A stretch of 64,000 bases of DNA, taken from assembly GCF_006345805.1 (NCBI RefSeq), contig NC_043001.1:33852001-33916000 (forward strand), given 5' to 3'. Below the pieces are notes generated by a model, which saw nothing but the letters and a program-made list of their open reading frames with translations, searched no databases and had not been told where the DNA came from. Below are positions 1-12,759 of the stretch, piece by piece. The translations under genes were made by a program, and so were the position numbers. The stretch comes from Octopus sinensis. Its lineage: Eukaryota. Position 1 is the stretch's first letter; each line of letters opens with the position of its first letter.

Positions 1-87
1 AAAACAAAGAACTGTCAGGATAAAACATTAGAGTTAACGACTGTCAAACTTAGTGCATAAGAAAATCAGACATTTCATTCTTAATGA

Positions 88-190
88 CCTGATACAATAG
101 CCCTGGATTGACCAAAACCTTATGAGTGGATTTTGGTAGATGGAAACTGAAAGAAGCCCATCATATATCTCACACATATGCACACACAGG
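88..190 (+). mobile_element. Partial SINE-A (tRNA-derived CORE-type SINE, core segment)
   Basis: gaccaaaaccttatgagtggattttggtagatggaaactgaaagaagccc matches the core of the full copies (e.g. 28657-29062). Confidence 0.8.
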
Positions 191-229
191 TAAGTTTGTC
201 TTTTGGTTAAACTCACCCACAGCCCATCT

Positions 230-675
230 CCTCCCATCACCACCTACTACAGGCTCTTCCAGTTCCACAGTTCATCTCCTTCTCTCAGCTGAGATGTCCT
301 TGTCTTGCAAGTTACTTGACAACCATGTAGGTGCTAATACCATGTAAAAAGCATCCATGTTGGTGCTACATAAAACATACCTATGCTGGCACAATGTAAA
401 AAACACCTATGCTGGCAACACATAAAATGCACCTGTACTTGTGCCACATAAAAAGCATCCCTGCTTGTTCCACATAAAGAGCACCCATGCTGGTATCACA
501 TAAAACGCACCTAGTAGACTCTGTAAAGTGGCTAGCATTAAGAAGGGCATCCAGCCACAGAAACCATGCCAAAACAGACTACTGAGGCTCAGTGTAGCCC
601 TCCAGCTTGCCAGCTCCTGTCAAACCGTCCAACTCATGCCATCATAGAAAACAGATGTTATATGATGACGATGAT
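230..675 (+). mobile_element. RTE-tail retroposon with an internal degenerate ~28-bp minisatellite (324-515)
   Basis: About 7 units like gctggtgccacataaaaagcaccc, then the aagggcatccagc...aaaccgtccaac...gatgat tail shared with many copies. Confidence 0.7.
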
Positions 676-699
676 ATATATGTGTGTGTGTGTGTGTGT

Positions 700-1810
700 G
701 TTTGCATTTCCTTGTCTTGATATTGGGCGATAGTCATACAAGCAGTGACAATGGGTCATAAGGTCATTCAAGCACTGTCATCCATTTCCAATATTTTGGC
801 CATAGATAAATATTACCTAACTGGGAAGCAGGTAAGGATTGGTGACAGGAATGGTATCTGGCTGTAGAAAATCTACCTCAATAAACTTCATCCAATGCAT
901 TCAAGCATAGAAAAGCAGATGTTAAAGTTATATATGCCGATTTGTTTGACTAAAAGCAGTGCTCCAGCATGGTTGCAGTCAAATGACTGAAACAAATAAA
1001 AGAATACAAAATTGTGTGTGTATTCTGCATTTCTGTCCGCATCAACATTTAACATACGACATCTGTTCTCTATGCAGGCATGGGTTGAATGGCTTGTCAA
1101 ATCCAATGAGAGGGAGGACCACTTCATGCTCTTGTTTGTCTGGGGAAGTTTCCTATGGTTGGATGTCCTTCCTAACACCAGCCACTTTATAAAGTTTACT
1201 GAGTACTTTTTTTTCATGGGACAGCTACTAATTATGTTGCTTTGCAACTTGTAAGACGGTATGGTGTGTTCTGAGAGAGAATTAACTGTTATCCCTAGCA
1301 GGTTAAGCATCTACATGAAGACTTCTTTATATGCTCAGATTATAGTATTTAAAATATACTACTCAATCTCATGTTACATGGTAAATTATTGTAAATAACT
1401 GGAGTAACAAAAATTGATTGTAGCTTTGAAGAGCACCAAGTAAGTCACCACCAAATTCATTTCCAATATATTAAATGTACTTCTGAATATACATACATAA
1501 ACTCATTGCATTAACAATCTCTTTCAATTTGAATAAACTGTTCGCAAATCTTTTATCTTTTATCTATTGTGCTTGAGAAGACCTGTCAAGCCAAGTGAGA
1601 TCACAGTCATGGCCAATGCTGGTGTTTCATAACTGGCACATAAAAAGAACCCACCACACCCTCGGAGTGGTTGGTGTTAGGAAGGGCATCCAGGTGTAGA
1701 AACCATGCCAAATCAGACTGAAACCTGGTGCAGTTCTCCAGCTTACCAATTTTCAGTCAAACCATCTAACCCATGCCAGCATGGAAAATGGATGTTAAAT
1801 GATGATAATG
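700..1810. mobile_element. Cluster of three old RTE-tail retroposons (about 700-930 +, 1045-1310 -, 1575-1810 +)
   Basis: Shared motifs ggaagggcatcc, gtagaaaccatgcc, catgccagcatggaaaatggatgttaaatgatgat. Confidence 0.7.
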
Positions 1811-1839
1811 ATGATATGATGGTGATGATTGTAACAATG

Positions 1840-2140
1840 CTGAGATATGACCTTAAAAAGTTTTTATCAAACAGATCAACTCCAGTACTTATTTTTTATT
1901 TTTTGGCATTCATTTTATTGTTCCTTTTTTCAAACCCTTAAGTTATGAGGATGTCAAAAAAACCCCAGTAATGTCAAGTGATAGGAGAGAACAAATACAT
2001 ACACAAAGACACACACATATATGGATACATAGATGACAGGTAACCAAATTCACTCATGAAGGCACTTGCCAAAGGTGCAACACATTGGGACTGAAACCAA
2101 AACCACGTGGCTGCAAAATGAGCTTCTTTGACTGTACAAC
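1840..2140 (-). mobile_element. Degenerate SINE-A
   Basis: cacttgccaaaggtgcaacacattgggactgaaacc matches the reverse complement of the SINE-A head. Confidence 0.6.
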
Positions 2141-3639
2141 AATGTTTGCACTGATACAGTCTTGCCATTGTCTAAGTAGAAAAAACCCTAAGATGAACAC
2201 AAGGATGGATTTGGAAGAAGGTTAACATTCAAAAGTATTAGATTATAGATACTATGGACGATGGAAACTAAGTGAATATAGTCTTGGGGCAGTTGTAACG
2301 GAAGTATACAGGAGTTAAGAAATAAATGAAATTGAGAGGTAAAAATATTCTATAAGATGTGAAACGAATCAAAGGAACAGGACAGAAGTATCACAACATA
2401 AACTGAACTAGTTCAGGAAACTTGATTAATTCATACCAGCCCAATGAAAAGAATACAATATTATCATCTTCGGATGTTCCAAAAATAAGTCACATTATAA
2501 TATTACCTCTCATTTGATTAACTTTCCATTATGAACAAGGTTACGTTAATAATCAAGGAACAAATCAGCAAAATTAGAAAAATTAGCATTGAAGTGACTA
2601 TAAAGTCTTAACAAGTGTGCATTACATATTCTGCCTGGGAAAATGTCAATATAACCCAGTTTTTATAATATCGATTTCTGTTAAATAAAAAATTATCATC
2701 AGCTGCTATTACCTTAGAATTGTATGTCTGTAAACTAGTTTTATAATAAAATTTCAGTATGTATTAATTCATACCTTTGATTCAGGATTTTGTAATACAC
2801 ATATAATCCAAAATAATGTGCAGCATAAGGACATCACAAAAAATATTTCTGATGTGAATGATAACAGAAAGTTTATCTTATATGATTCATTTCTAGTTTC
2901 ATTCATCACCAACTTGAGAACGAAGCACAATAAGATGCAAGAACGATTCATTTTGTTGTCATTCAGTCACACAAATAATACATCAAATGATTTTTGCATG
3001 GCATTTTTCACTACAAAGAAGCAACCAATTTCTTAGAAAGCCAGAAACAGGACAATATTTTTGAAACAGATGTTTCTTGATAATCAGCACCAGTCCATAA
3101 ATGTTACTTTTTATGTAAGCATTAAAATATTGCCACAGTAAGGCAGCTGTTGGATAACTCAAACAAAAGGTGACGATAAATAGATATAATTTACAAGCAA
3201 ACAGGTGCCTGCAGTCTTCAGCACTGTAAAAGAATCACTGAATTTATTGAATAACTATCCAAAGACTATCCCTTTGTGTCTCACAGAATAAAATTTGTAT
3301 AATTAGAACACAATATATTTACTTTACCATTTCCTTACTTAATCAAGAAACCATCTGTTACATCTGATTTGCTCAATTTACAACAAGACTACCGAAAGGC
3401 TGTTGGTTTAAATGTCTAGCTAATAAATAGTAATTAGTGTGAAGTAATCATCTCCAGTGTATTGTAAAAAAAAAAAAAAAACTGAAGCAGAATAAAGATA
3501 TAGTATGGTTACAAATGAAGATGGTTACAAACGCGACATAAAAGGACAGTTATTCTGGTAAATATGGAATATTCAGATAGGAAATGTAAATCTGTTAGAC
3601 AGAAAATATTCTTCAACATTGAGTTGGTCATTCATGTCA

Positions 3640-4315
3640 TTCATATTTAGTATTATGGTCCTAGGTTGACCAAAGCTTTGCAAGTGGATTTGGAAGATGG
3701 AAACTGAAAGAAGCCCATGAATATGTATACATGCATGTATATGTGTGAAGATGCATGGCTCAGTCATTAGAGCATCGGGCTCGCAATCATGAGGTAGTGA
3801 GTTCAATTCCTGGACCAGGCTGTTTGTTGTGTTCTTGAGCAAGACACTTTATTTTCATGTTGCTCCAGTTCACTCAGCTGTAGAAATGAGTTGTGACATC
3901 AATGGTACCATGCTGTATCAGCCTTTGCTTTTCCCTTGGATAACATTGGTGGTGTGGAGAGAGGAGGCTGGTATGAACAGGTGATTGTTGGTCTTTCATA
4001 AATAAGCTTGCCTGGACTTGTGCCTTGGAGGGGAACTTTCTAGGTGCAATCCTATGGTCATTCATGACCAAAGGGGGTCTTTACCCTACATGTATGTGTA
4101 TTTGAGTCCTTTGTCTTGACATTGCATGACAGTTGTAAAATGATTGTCACTGTCATACAAGCATTGTCATTCATTTTCAATTTTCTGCAAGAACATATCT
4201 GGTCATGCAGAATTATTACCTTGCTTGGAAACAGGTAAAGGTTGGTGACAGGAAGAGCATCCAGCTGACCCATGCAAGCATGGAAAAGTGGACGCTAAAT
4301 GACGATGATGGTAAT
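3640..4315 (+). mobile_element. SINE with CORE-type body and RTE tail, interrupted in its central microsatellite by a second tRNA-derived SINE (3753-4088)
   Basis: Core at 3640-3745. Nested element has A box tggctcagtcattag, B box gagttcaattcc and ttgagcaagacacttt. Host tail resumes at 4095 and ends in gacgatgatg. Confidence 0.75.
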
Positions 4316-4584
4316 GTCTGTTAGTTTTGACAATGATTATTCAGCTGGTCAATCAGCTGAACAACCTGTTCATTGAATTAGTGTGTAAGTGGCTGAGTAT
4401 TCCACAGACATCTGTACACTTAACATAACCCTCAGGTGGAAGCAGTGTAACGCACTGTAACAATCCTGACCTTTAAGTTACTGGTACAAGATACTTGCCC
4501 AAGATGTCATGCCATGGAATCAAACCTGTGGCTTTTTGCAAAATGAACTTCTTAACCATATAGCCTTACAATATCCATGATGTA

Positions 4585-4623
<39 letters not shown>

Positions 4624-7149
4624 AAATCAATAAAATAAGCACCTGCTGAAGACCATACCATGTATGTAGACCATATGTACCTACCTACCTATCTACATAC
4701 ATACATATACACATGGTTACATTGAAATGTTGCTCTTTATCCACAAAAATTGTAAATAGTTTGGTTTCTTTCAATTATCTCTTATAAATGGTTTCAAGCT
4801 ACTAGTTACTAAGTCATGAAAAAAAAATAAAAAGAGAGAGAGGAACATGATAACTCCAAAATAAACTTACTATCAATAGCTTTTGGGGGAAAAGAACAAG
4901 AAAACCAGTTTTCTCAACAAATCTGAATATTATTTTCTAAACATGCCATAATATGCTCCAAATGTTCTGTATTGCTGTAACATAGTGTGAAACCACTCCT
5001 ATATTGGTAAAGGAAAATGTAGCTAAAACGGTCCCCACAATCACTATCAATAATGTAATTATATCACGTGTTGGTTCCAGATTATAACCTATGTTTTTTT
5101 TTTAAAAAAAACATCTTATTTGACCTCTTAACTAGCAACTTTGTTAAATATATACAACATATTATATTTTCAGTTTTCTCTTTTGTGTCTTTTAGGAGCT
5201 CTAGTCACTTTTTTATTGAGAAGACTAATGGCATAGAGGCTACAAATTAAATGTTTTGTGGGAAAAAGAAGCTGTCAAGCAATATGATTTTTCTTAAGTT
5301 ACAGAAACATAAAGCTCAGCATGTCAGTATATAACATTTACCATGTGGTACCTACTGTAATTCTTAAGCCACTGGGCTAAAATATGATACCAGGACACTA
5401 GGAGGTAGATGAACCTATGAACGTATATTGGCACAGTCACTCAACCTTCTAGAAATAGCACTCAAATCTACCTCAAATTACATTCTACTCTCTTTGAAAG
5501 GGAGAGATACATTGAACAATGTAATACTAGATATACTATGTCCAAATAAAAAGACATGATGGTCATACTGGAAGGCTTTTAATCATAGATCTGACTGATG
5601 TGGGCTGATATGGGATTACAGAAAAATAGCAAAAATTAAGAAGTTGAATGAAAGACAATATACCGATGTTATTTAGAAGGACAAAGCAACTAGGTACATG
5701 GAAATTGTGACACTGGCTAATAATATGTTGTTGTGATAAAAGGTAAGAGTAGTAATGGGTTGTTAAGTTGCTCTATATAATCCAAACCAAAATTCTAAAA
5801 GAAAATTTCAAAACAAACATAGTAACAATGGTTATGATAAAGATTATATCCAAATATATAATTTTCCTTTCAACATCAAATATTTGAAGTGATAAACGGA
5901 ATAGGTAAAAAGTTGAAAGCATAAAGCATCTGATAAATAAAAGCTGATAAAGAATAAGTTAAACAAGAAATTTTTATGAAACGCAGTCATTTCTAAAAGA
6001 CAGTGATTGGTAGATAATAATAGAGGTTATCAAGTCAATTTATTACAGAAAGGAAAACATTGTCTTCATAGCAGAAACAATTGTAATAGTGGTGTTGTAC
6101 TAAGAGGAATTAAATTTAGATGAGTCATTTTCAGAATATAAATTTGAAAAAGCTTAACCTTTTTAATACCAAGTTGTGAAACAGCTTGAACTAAAGTATT
6201 CGTATTTAAATGTACATCAAACTCTCGTTATAACATGGAAAATAAGAAATTTCAAGTAGTCAACACCAGTATAATACATCAATATATAAAGTCATATCTA
6301 TGTAATTTAACCCTTCCAGACTATTAATTATGTTAAAATCACATAACAAACTGCTGATAAATATAATCATGAAGGAGCTGTGTGTGTACGTGTGTGTGTG
6401 TGTGTGTGCACATGCATATGCATGAGAGAGAGAGAGAGTATACACACACATACACACACTCTTACACATTTGAACCTAATTAGTTTGGGGAGAAGGAATG
6501 GGATCCATATTCTTTTTTTAAGCCTTCCAAAACTATAAGTTAGACACAGCTGAGTAGGAGATTTCTTTCTGGACTTTCACATGGTTAACAAAATTTAAGG
6601 ACTGAAATTGTGATGGGAAGTGAAAGATGAAACCAAGTGTCAGGGTCTATGAAGAGGCAAAATGGAGTTAGTGACTTCAGTTGAATGCTAATAATCAAAA
6701 TATTTGCTAGGGAGGGGACTTATCAAGCAGTGGAAGAAAACAGAATATAGGTTTATGCTTGCACACTTACAAATGAATCAGTCTCATAAAGAATTACAAA
6801 GTCTTTAAGGTAGTTGGTGACTTAGTCCCCACTGAGAAACATTTTCTAAAAGAATTTTATAAAAATCAGAGACTCCATTAAAAATGATGGAAATTGGCTG
6901 CAGTGAGTAGGTTAAATGTATATTCATTTATTATATATAACAATTAGTAAATAATCATGTTTTTGCTACAGGTTTCCAAATGGACCAATCAAACCCACAG
7001 ATGAATGATAGCACACATTTTCCCCACGTTATCAATGCTGGCACAACATTAAACTAGATGCAGTTGTAACCATTCAAACCACAGAGTAACTATTTTGTTT
7101 TATACTCACCAAGGATTTGTTCTTTGCTCAGTTTTGGATTTTTTTTCTC

Positions 7150-7480
7150 TCATATTCATCTGCTATATCCACAATGACTTGTTTTCTGCTTCCCTTTTGC
7201 AATTTATGAATCACTGCCTTGCTTTCTTTCCTAAGTCCAATGTCAACCAGGAAGGATACAGTGAATCTAGCTACATACCCACAAAATCCCACCCACCTCT
7301 AAAGGAAGCTCTATACACAGTCATCTATGTGTCTGACATGATTCCCTAAATCATTCATATTTTAGTCTTTTTTTCCACAAACTTGTTCTGTACTGTCTTC
7401 CTAGGTACTAAATCAGAATATGTTATAAATCAAGCCACTGCATCAGTATTGCAATATGGCTTAGGAACAAGAGTGATGCC
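7150..7480 (-). mobile_element. Relic of a restriction-like-endonuclease non-LTR retrotransposon (HERO-like C-terminus)
   Basis: Frameshifted translation EKKTK-YE*FRESCQTHR*LCIELPLEVG / GFCGYVARFTVSFLVDIGLRKESKAVIHKLQK / EAENKSLWI resembles the recalled RKxxKY...PVEVGxRGF...AExxSxWxW motif. Confidence 0.55.
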
Positions 7481-8008
7481 CAAAAGATGGGTAAATATGG
7501 TAGTGACAAGGTGTCAGGGTACAGCCTCAATATAACATATCCAAGAGAGCAAATAGAAGAGAGTATAGATACAAAAGAGTCAGGGAAGATTGTTAAGGTG
7601 GCAAGAATATGGAAGGAGAGCGAGAGATGGTAATAAACATTGGAGTAGAAATGGTCAGATGCATATAGAGGATGAATGCAGTGAATGAAGAGGGATAGGT
7701 GCAGTAAATATGAGTGAAGGGATGATGATAAGAATAAGGATGGGTACTAACAGAGTAGGAAGTACAAAAGAGGTGATATGAACTGGTGATATGGTACATA
7801 GTAATAGGTTCTGCTTTCATCACCTACAGCAGCAGAGTATCACAGTAAAAGAGGACAGTAACTGAGAGTAGAGTGAAGGGGGAAACGAGTGGGAGGGGGT
7901 TAAAGGGTGTGAACTGAGGAAAGTGAAAGCTGGATATAAACAAGAGTAGAGGTGACTAAAAGTAAAAATAATAGATGGTTGTCAAAATCAAAAGGAAGTA
8001 GCTTAGAG

Positions 8009-8305
8009 CAGCGCTACTCAAAGTGGTGGTCCACAGTCTGATGTAGTAGGTCTGTGAGCCATGAGCTGCCAGTATGCCATGAGAGTTTCCAGAAAAGAAA
8101 GCGACATTATAAAATGCTTATGTAATATTGTATTATTTGTTTACAAAATAAACACAAGATAAAAAATATTATCAACTTTTATTATATTCATTATATATAC
8201 TGTTTCCGGTATAAATTAATATTACTAAGAAATATTACTGGTCCCTGGAACACTGGGGGGAAAAAAACTGCTGGTATGCCATATCAGATAGTTTGAGAAG
8301 CACTG
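8009..8305. mobile_element. hAT (Charlie-like) MITE
   Basis: TIRs cagcgctactcaaa / tttgagaagcactg; degenerate 8-bp TSD gcttagag (8001-8008) / gttcagag (8306-8313). Confidence 0.8.
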
Positions 8306-8399
8306 GTTCAGAGGAGGGACCTAGATAGGGGAAAATGGGAAGCAATAGTTGTAGGTTTGGTAAAAATCCAGTTATGTGCATACACATTATGTTTTGAGA

Positions 8400-8785
8400 G
8401 CCTCAATCATGCTGTTCAAGTATAGCTGAGCAGGTCTTCTCAAGCACACTGTGTATTGCCAATCATCTCAATCCTTTACAGTCTCTTCTGTGAGGTTCAA
8501 CATCTTGAGACTAGCTCTCACTATCTTATCCCACATCTTCCTGAGACTTCCTCCTAGATCTATTGTAAGCAATCAGCATTTCTATATACAACTCTCCTCA
8601 CCCATGCTCAAACCGATGCAGTGTTTGCAGTCTCCTCACTTACACCCTAAACCAGCACACTGACATTGCACATCCAGTGGAACATGCTTACTTCATTTCA
8701 CTCTAGTCTTTGTAAGTCCTCTGCATTCAGAGCCCACATCTCACTATTATGAGCAATGCAGCTCATACACAGGCTTCATACAGTT
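8400..8785 (-). mobile_element. RTE-clade LINE 3' ORF2 fragment, degenerate
   Basis: Homologous by eye to 58828-59145 (ccagtggaacatgcttacttcatttc; tcccacatcttcctgagacttcctc = GRPRKTWD-like on the minus strand). Confidence 0.7.
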
Positions 8786-8799
8786 ATAGCATCCTAATG

Positions 8800-8985
8800 T
8801 AATCCTTATAGTAAAAAGCACCTAGTACACTCTGTAAAGTGGTTGGTGTTTGGAAAGGCACCCAATTGTAGAAACCAAGCTAAAACGGACTATGGAACCT
8901 GGTGCATACCCTGGCCTTGTCAGTTACTGCCAAGGTGTTGAACTCAAGCCAGCACGGAAAACAGACGTTAAATGAAGATGATGAT
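8800..8985 (+). mobile_element. RTE-tail retroposon fragment
   Basis: aaaagcacctagtacactctgtaaagtggttgg...acagacgttaaatgaagatgatga. Confidence 0.7.
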
Positions 8986-9006
8986 TGACTGACTGATTGA
9001 TTTGCA

Positions 9007-9443
9007 CAACCAACTTAACTTAGATGTGTTGTTTGAATGCCACAGGCTGTAGTCATTGTCCTGCGATATCATCATGAATAGATGTTAAGAGCTGAAAAGC
9101 ACAATTGCTAGACAAAATTTTGTTAATGCTGATGAATATGATTGTGGTATCACATGATTTCAGTGTAATTTGCTCTTCATCAGCAATGGACACCTCCCCA
9201 CCAAATGCCAGACCAAAAATTCATCGATATAGTTTAACACTGACAAAACAGTCTATTGCTGATGAAGTACAAATTACATAGAAATCATGTGATACACCAG
9301 TCTTGTCCACCAGTACTGACAAAATTTTGTCTGCTCATATGATCTGTGCTTTTTTAGCCTTCAACATTTATACAAGATGATTTGTCAGGATGATCACTGC
9401 AGCCTATGACATTCAAGACAATACATCCAAATTAAGCAGGATG
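9007..9443. mobile_element. Fold-back MITE with ~185-bp inverted arms, probably TA-flanked
   Basis: 9007-9191 is the degenerate reverse complement of 9251-9443 (e.g. tatcacatgatttcagtgtaatttg / caaattacatagaaatcatgtgata); ~59-nt spacer; TA at 9444-9445. Confidence 0.8.
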
Positions 9444-9670
9444 TACAATTAATATATATATGGTAGTCTCATATATGTAGTGCAATATGGTGATTTGTAA
9501 AACAGCAATTAATTGAGATTATTCTAGCAATTAGAAGACAAACACTCCCTCTCCTGGGAGTGTTCAAAATCTAAAAACACTATGCAAGGAAGTTAACTCC
9601 AATAATATCAGCTTATCCAAATTTTTAGAAAATAAAAACAATGCCGACAGGATTGGAACTTACTTTAAGG

Positions 9671-9730
9671 TATGTATGTATGTATGTATGTATGTATGTA
9701 TGTATGTATGTATGTACACACACACACACA
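9671..9730. repeat. (TATG)n-(CA)n microsatellite
   Basis: Seen directly. Confidence 0.95.
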
Positions 9731-10450
9731 CTTTTACTGGTTTCGGTCATTGTACCTGCCTTTTATATATAAATATCGTTGGAAGTGCTCAATAATAAAA
9801 CTTTTAAAAATTAGAAAACTAGTTTGTATGAAACATGTGCAAATAGAAAATAAATCTACCAATATTTACATCGAACAACAGACAATAAACAAAAAATCGT
9901 GAAGCAATTATTGAACATAGGATAATAGGACACTATCAGATTCATATTCATTTTCATTAAAAGAAGCCATTTAAACAAATTGGGTTTTTCAGTGAAGACA
10001 TATTTTTGTGAGTTTTCAAAGCTGCTTACCTTGAAATTATTTTGTGAAGATGAGAAATAACAATGATAACACAATTGTTAACAATCTAAACATTAACAAC
10101 TATCTGCATGCAACTTTCCTTACCAAAATTAGGTAATTGAGATGTGTAGTATGTCATAAAAGACAATACTGAAACATATGATATGACTGATCTTGTGAAA
10201 ATACACATAAGTTTGATGTTAAGGTAGCAAACTGCTACATCATTCAAAGAAATCAATTTAATGGAACAGGTATAAATTATTTTTCTAAGTTTTTGTTTCA
10301 TATGGTCTTTTCTATTTACACACATATATATTTTTTTCTCATTCTACTGTTGCTCCATGAAGAAGGTTCTATAACTACAATGAAATAAATATTTTGAAAT
10401 ACATTGTCTTTAGGGAGAACTAGGTAAGAGGCAACTGGTCTCAAATCTAA

Positions 10451-10888
10451 TACTCTTACTCTCTTTTACTCTTTTACTTGTTTCAGTCATTTGACTGTGG
10501 CCATGCTGGAGCACTGCCTTTGGTCGAGCAAATCGACCCCAGGACTTATTCTTTGTAAGCCTAGTACTTATTCTATCAGTCTCTTTGGCCGAACCGCTAA
10601 GTTACGGGGATGTAAACACACCAGCATCGGTTGTCAAGCGATGTTGGGGGGACAAACACAGACAAACAAACGTATACACACACACTTACATCACTTACAT
10701 ATATATATATATATACATATATATGATGGGCTTCTTTCAGTTTCCGTCTACCAAATCCACTCACAAGGCTTTGGTCAGCCCGAGGCTATAGTAGAAGACA
10801 CTTGCCCAAGGTGCCACGCAGTGGGACTAAACTCGGAACCATGTGGTTGGTAAGCAAGTTACTTACCACACAGCCACTCATGCGCCTA
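10451..10888 (-). mobile_element. Full-length SINE-A (resembles octopus OR-type CORE-SINEs)
   Basis: On the minus strand: A box tggctgtgtgg, B-box-like gagtttagtccc, core ttgggcaagtgtcttctactatagcc, central TA/TG microsatellite, (TAAAAGAG)n tail. Confidence 0.9.
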
Positions 10889-11481
10889 TATGACATTTAT
10901 TTCACTAGCCCTTTGAAAGATGTTAGACCACAATAGGGCATAACATCAAAAGCATAAAACAATGAAGCAGACAAAATAAAGAACCTAAATTTGAATCTCT
11001 ACAATTAGGACTACCAGAGCTTGATTTAACAAAAGAGCTAATTTAACAAAACAAAATGTCTACCTTCATTATGAACGCTTTCAAAATCTATAGATAGAAA
11101 CATCAGCATAATCATTCATATCTGCTAGAAATAGAAACCAAATTTATTCCATATTATACTCTAACATTTTAAATAAAGAACATATTGGTCCAACATATCG
11201 ATAGAAAAGACATTGTTTACAGCTTGAATGCCTTTGATCATAAACCTTCTGGAAAAGGATTGCTTAAAATGCTAAATAACAATAGGCATGCAGACAGAAA
11301 CATACTGGGCAATAAAGAGAGTGTTCAGATTGTAACCACACCAAATATAACCATAAATAAAGGGTTGAGAAGAGAGTCTTCATGTAGTTGGTTTACCCAA
11401 TAGAGAAATAAAGATAGCAGTTAATTTCTCTTAAATCACACTCTGACAACTTAAGAAATGGAAGGGCATATTAGATAATAG

Positions 11482-11554
11482 CTACTCTTTGTGAAGAAGG
11501 AGAAAATCAGAAATACTTTGACCGTAGGTCAACTTGATTAGGTCTGGCCAAGAA
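11482..11554 (-). CDS. Weak candidate downstream or terminal exon (D-SWPDLIKLTYGQSISDFLLLHKE-stop)
   Basis: Acceptor cattgttattatttag; phase 2 is compatible with exon 11872; TAG at 11484-11482; no strong donor. Confidence 0.25.
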
Positions 11555-11871
11555 CTAAATAATAACAATGATTACAAATCAGATTGTGCAGTATGATCCT
11601 CGCCAAACACAGGTTTAGCATATCCAGAGTTATGGATTATACTTTACATGTGAGAAACCTACTCACTAAGGGCTGACCATGGATTAGTCAACAGCATAAA
11701 TGTTTAACATGATGCATATATTTTAATTTGCTTTCACTTAAATTCATGAGAATATCTGCTCCAAACAAAACTTTACTTAATGTTATCACAGTAAACTCTA
11801 TCTTTAGCTGATATGACAAATCTGCTACAGCAACATTCCATTAATGTCAATGACGTTGCAATATACTTTAC

Positions 11872-12096
11872 TCCAGAAGACTATCTGATTTCACTTTATA
11901 TATCCAGTGAAATTTTGTTTTATAGAATCCACTCTGCCTATATTTAAGATCTGTGCATAGAAAAATACTTGCAAAAGTTCCAGAAATCATGAACCGTTCA
12001 TGATACTTTAGAGCCGGAACACTAACAGTAACAAACAAATTATTCAAACTTAACCAAAAAATTTTCAAACTAAAATGCCATGGAGCTATATAAAAT
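11872..12096 (-). CDS. 225-nt exon, phase 2-2: FYIAPWHFSLKIFWLSLNNLFVTVSVPALKYHERFMISGTFASIFLCTDLKYRQSGFYKTKFHWIYKVKSDSLL
   Basis: Acceptor gaattttctttttatttag, donor GGA|GTAAAG, 75 codons without a stop in AT-rich DNA; overlaps track ORF 11868..12068. Confidence 0.55.
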
Positions 12097-12299
12097 CTAA
12101 ATAAAAAGAAAATTCAATTCCATTTCCATTTACTATGTAGATAGAAGAAGAATGTACTTGCTTGTTAAGTAAAACACAATTTCAGTTTTCTTTTACCATA
12201 TGAAATTAAACATTTATTTTAATCTCCAGTCTTTAAAACAAATTTCCAACAAAACATATATTAATGCCAATGATATTCTATGATAGAAGCTTATTTATT

Positions 12300-12663
12300 A
12301 CTAGCACTATGACCCAGCAACGCCGGGTCATAGTGCTAGTGCATGCATATATAGCTGCATGCATGTGCACATAAACGTGAGTAGTGTCCAAATCTCCGAC
12401 CAATCACATACAGCTAGCTAGCATTCAATTGGCGTATCAAGTTTCGGTCATTTTGATTGGGTTTGGGATAGAAAATTCACAAAAAAGTCACTACTATTGA
12501 TTTTTTAATGGCTTTGCGGGGTGCCTGGGGAAATGTAAAGATGTGCACGACCACCCTTGGACGGTTTTGAATGACCATAGAAAGTGCAAGCCCTCTAACT
12601 GAAAAATTGTGGATTTGTATAAAGGACACACACGCAGACATTTTGCCGTTTATATATATAGAG
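12300..12663 (+). mobile_element. Helentron-type non-autonomous element (HINE/DINE-1-like)
   Basis: Starts ACTAGC with a perfect 16-bp stem hairpin (12300-12340) and ends tttatatatatagag; same termini style as 44545-44945. Confidence 0.65.
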
Positions 12664-12759
12664 AAATGTAAGGAACATGATTAATACTATCAACAGTCAG
12701 CCCTAGTAATGAGCAAATTTTGATTTTACTTTTTTATATAAATTATTATCGTCATTGCT

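Noticed and set aside
324-515. CRISPR-like array of ~28-bp repeats
   Set aside because: Degenerate head-to-tail units without unique spacers, no cas genes, eukaryotic context; a minisatellite within a retroposon.
7110-7230. Strong minus-strand donor TTG|GTGAGT with an upstream AG
   Set aside because: All frames contain stops, and the region is explained by the HERO-like relic.
10030-10085. 56-nt candidate exon with AAG|GTAAGC donor
   Set aside because: Weak acceptor; the compatible phase gives a stop.
10491-10853. Recurring ORFs with CPRCHAVGLNPEPCGW (also at 14304, 16327, 28694)
   Set aside because: Antisense translation of the SINE-A head, not a cysteine-rich gene family.
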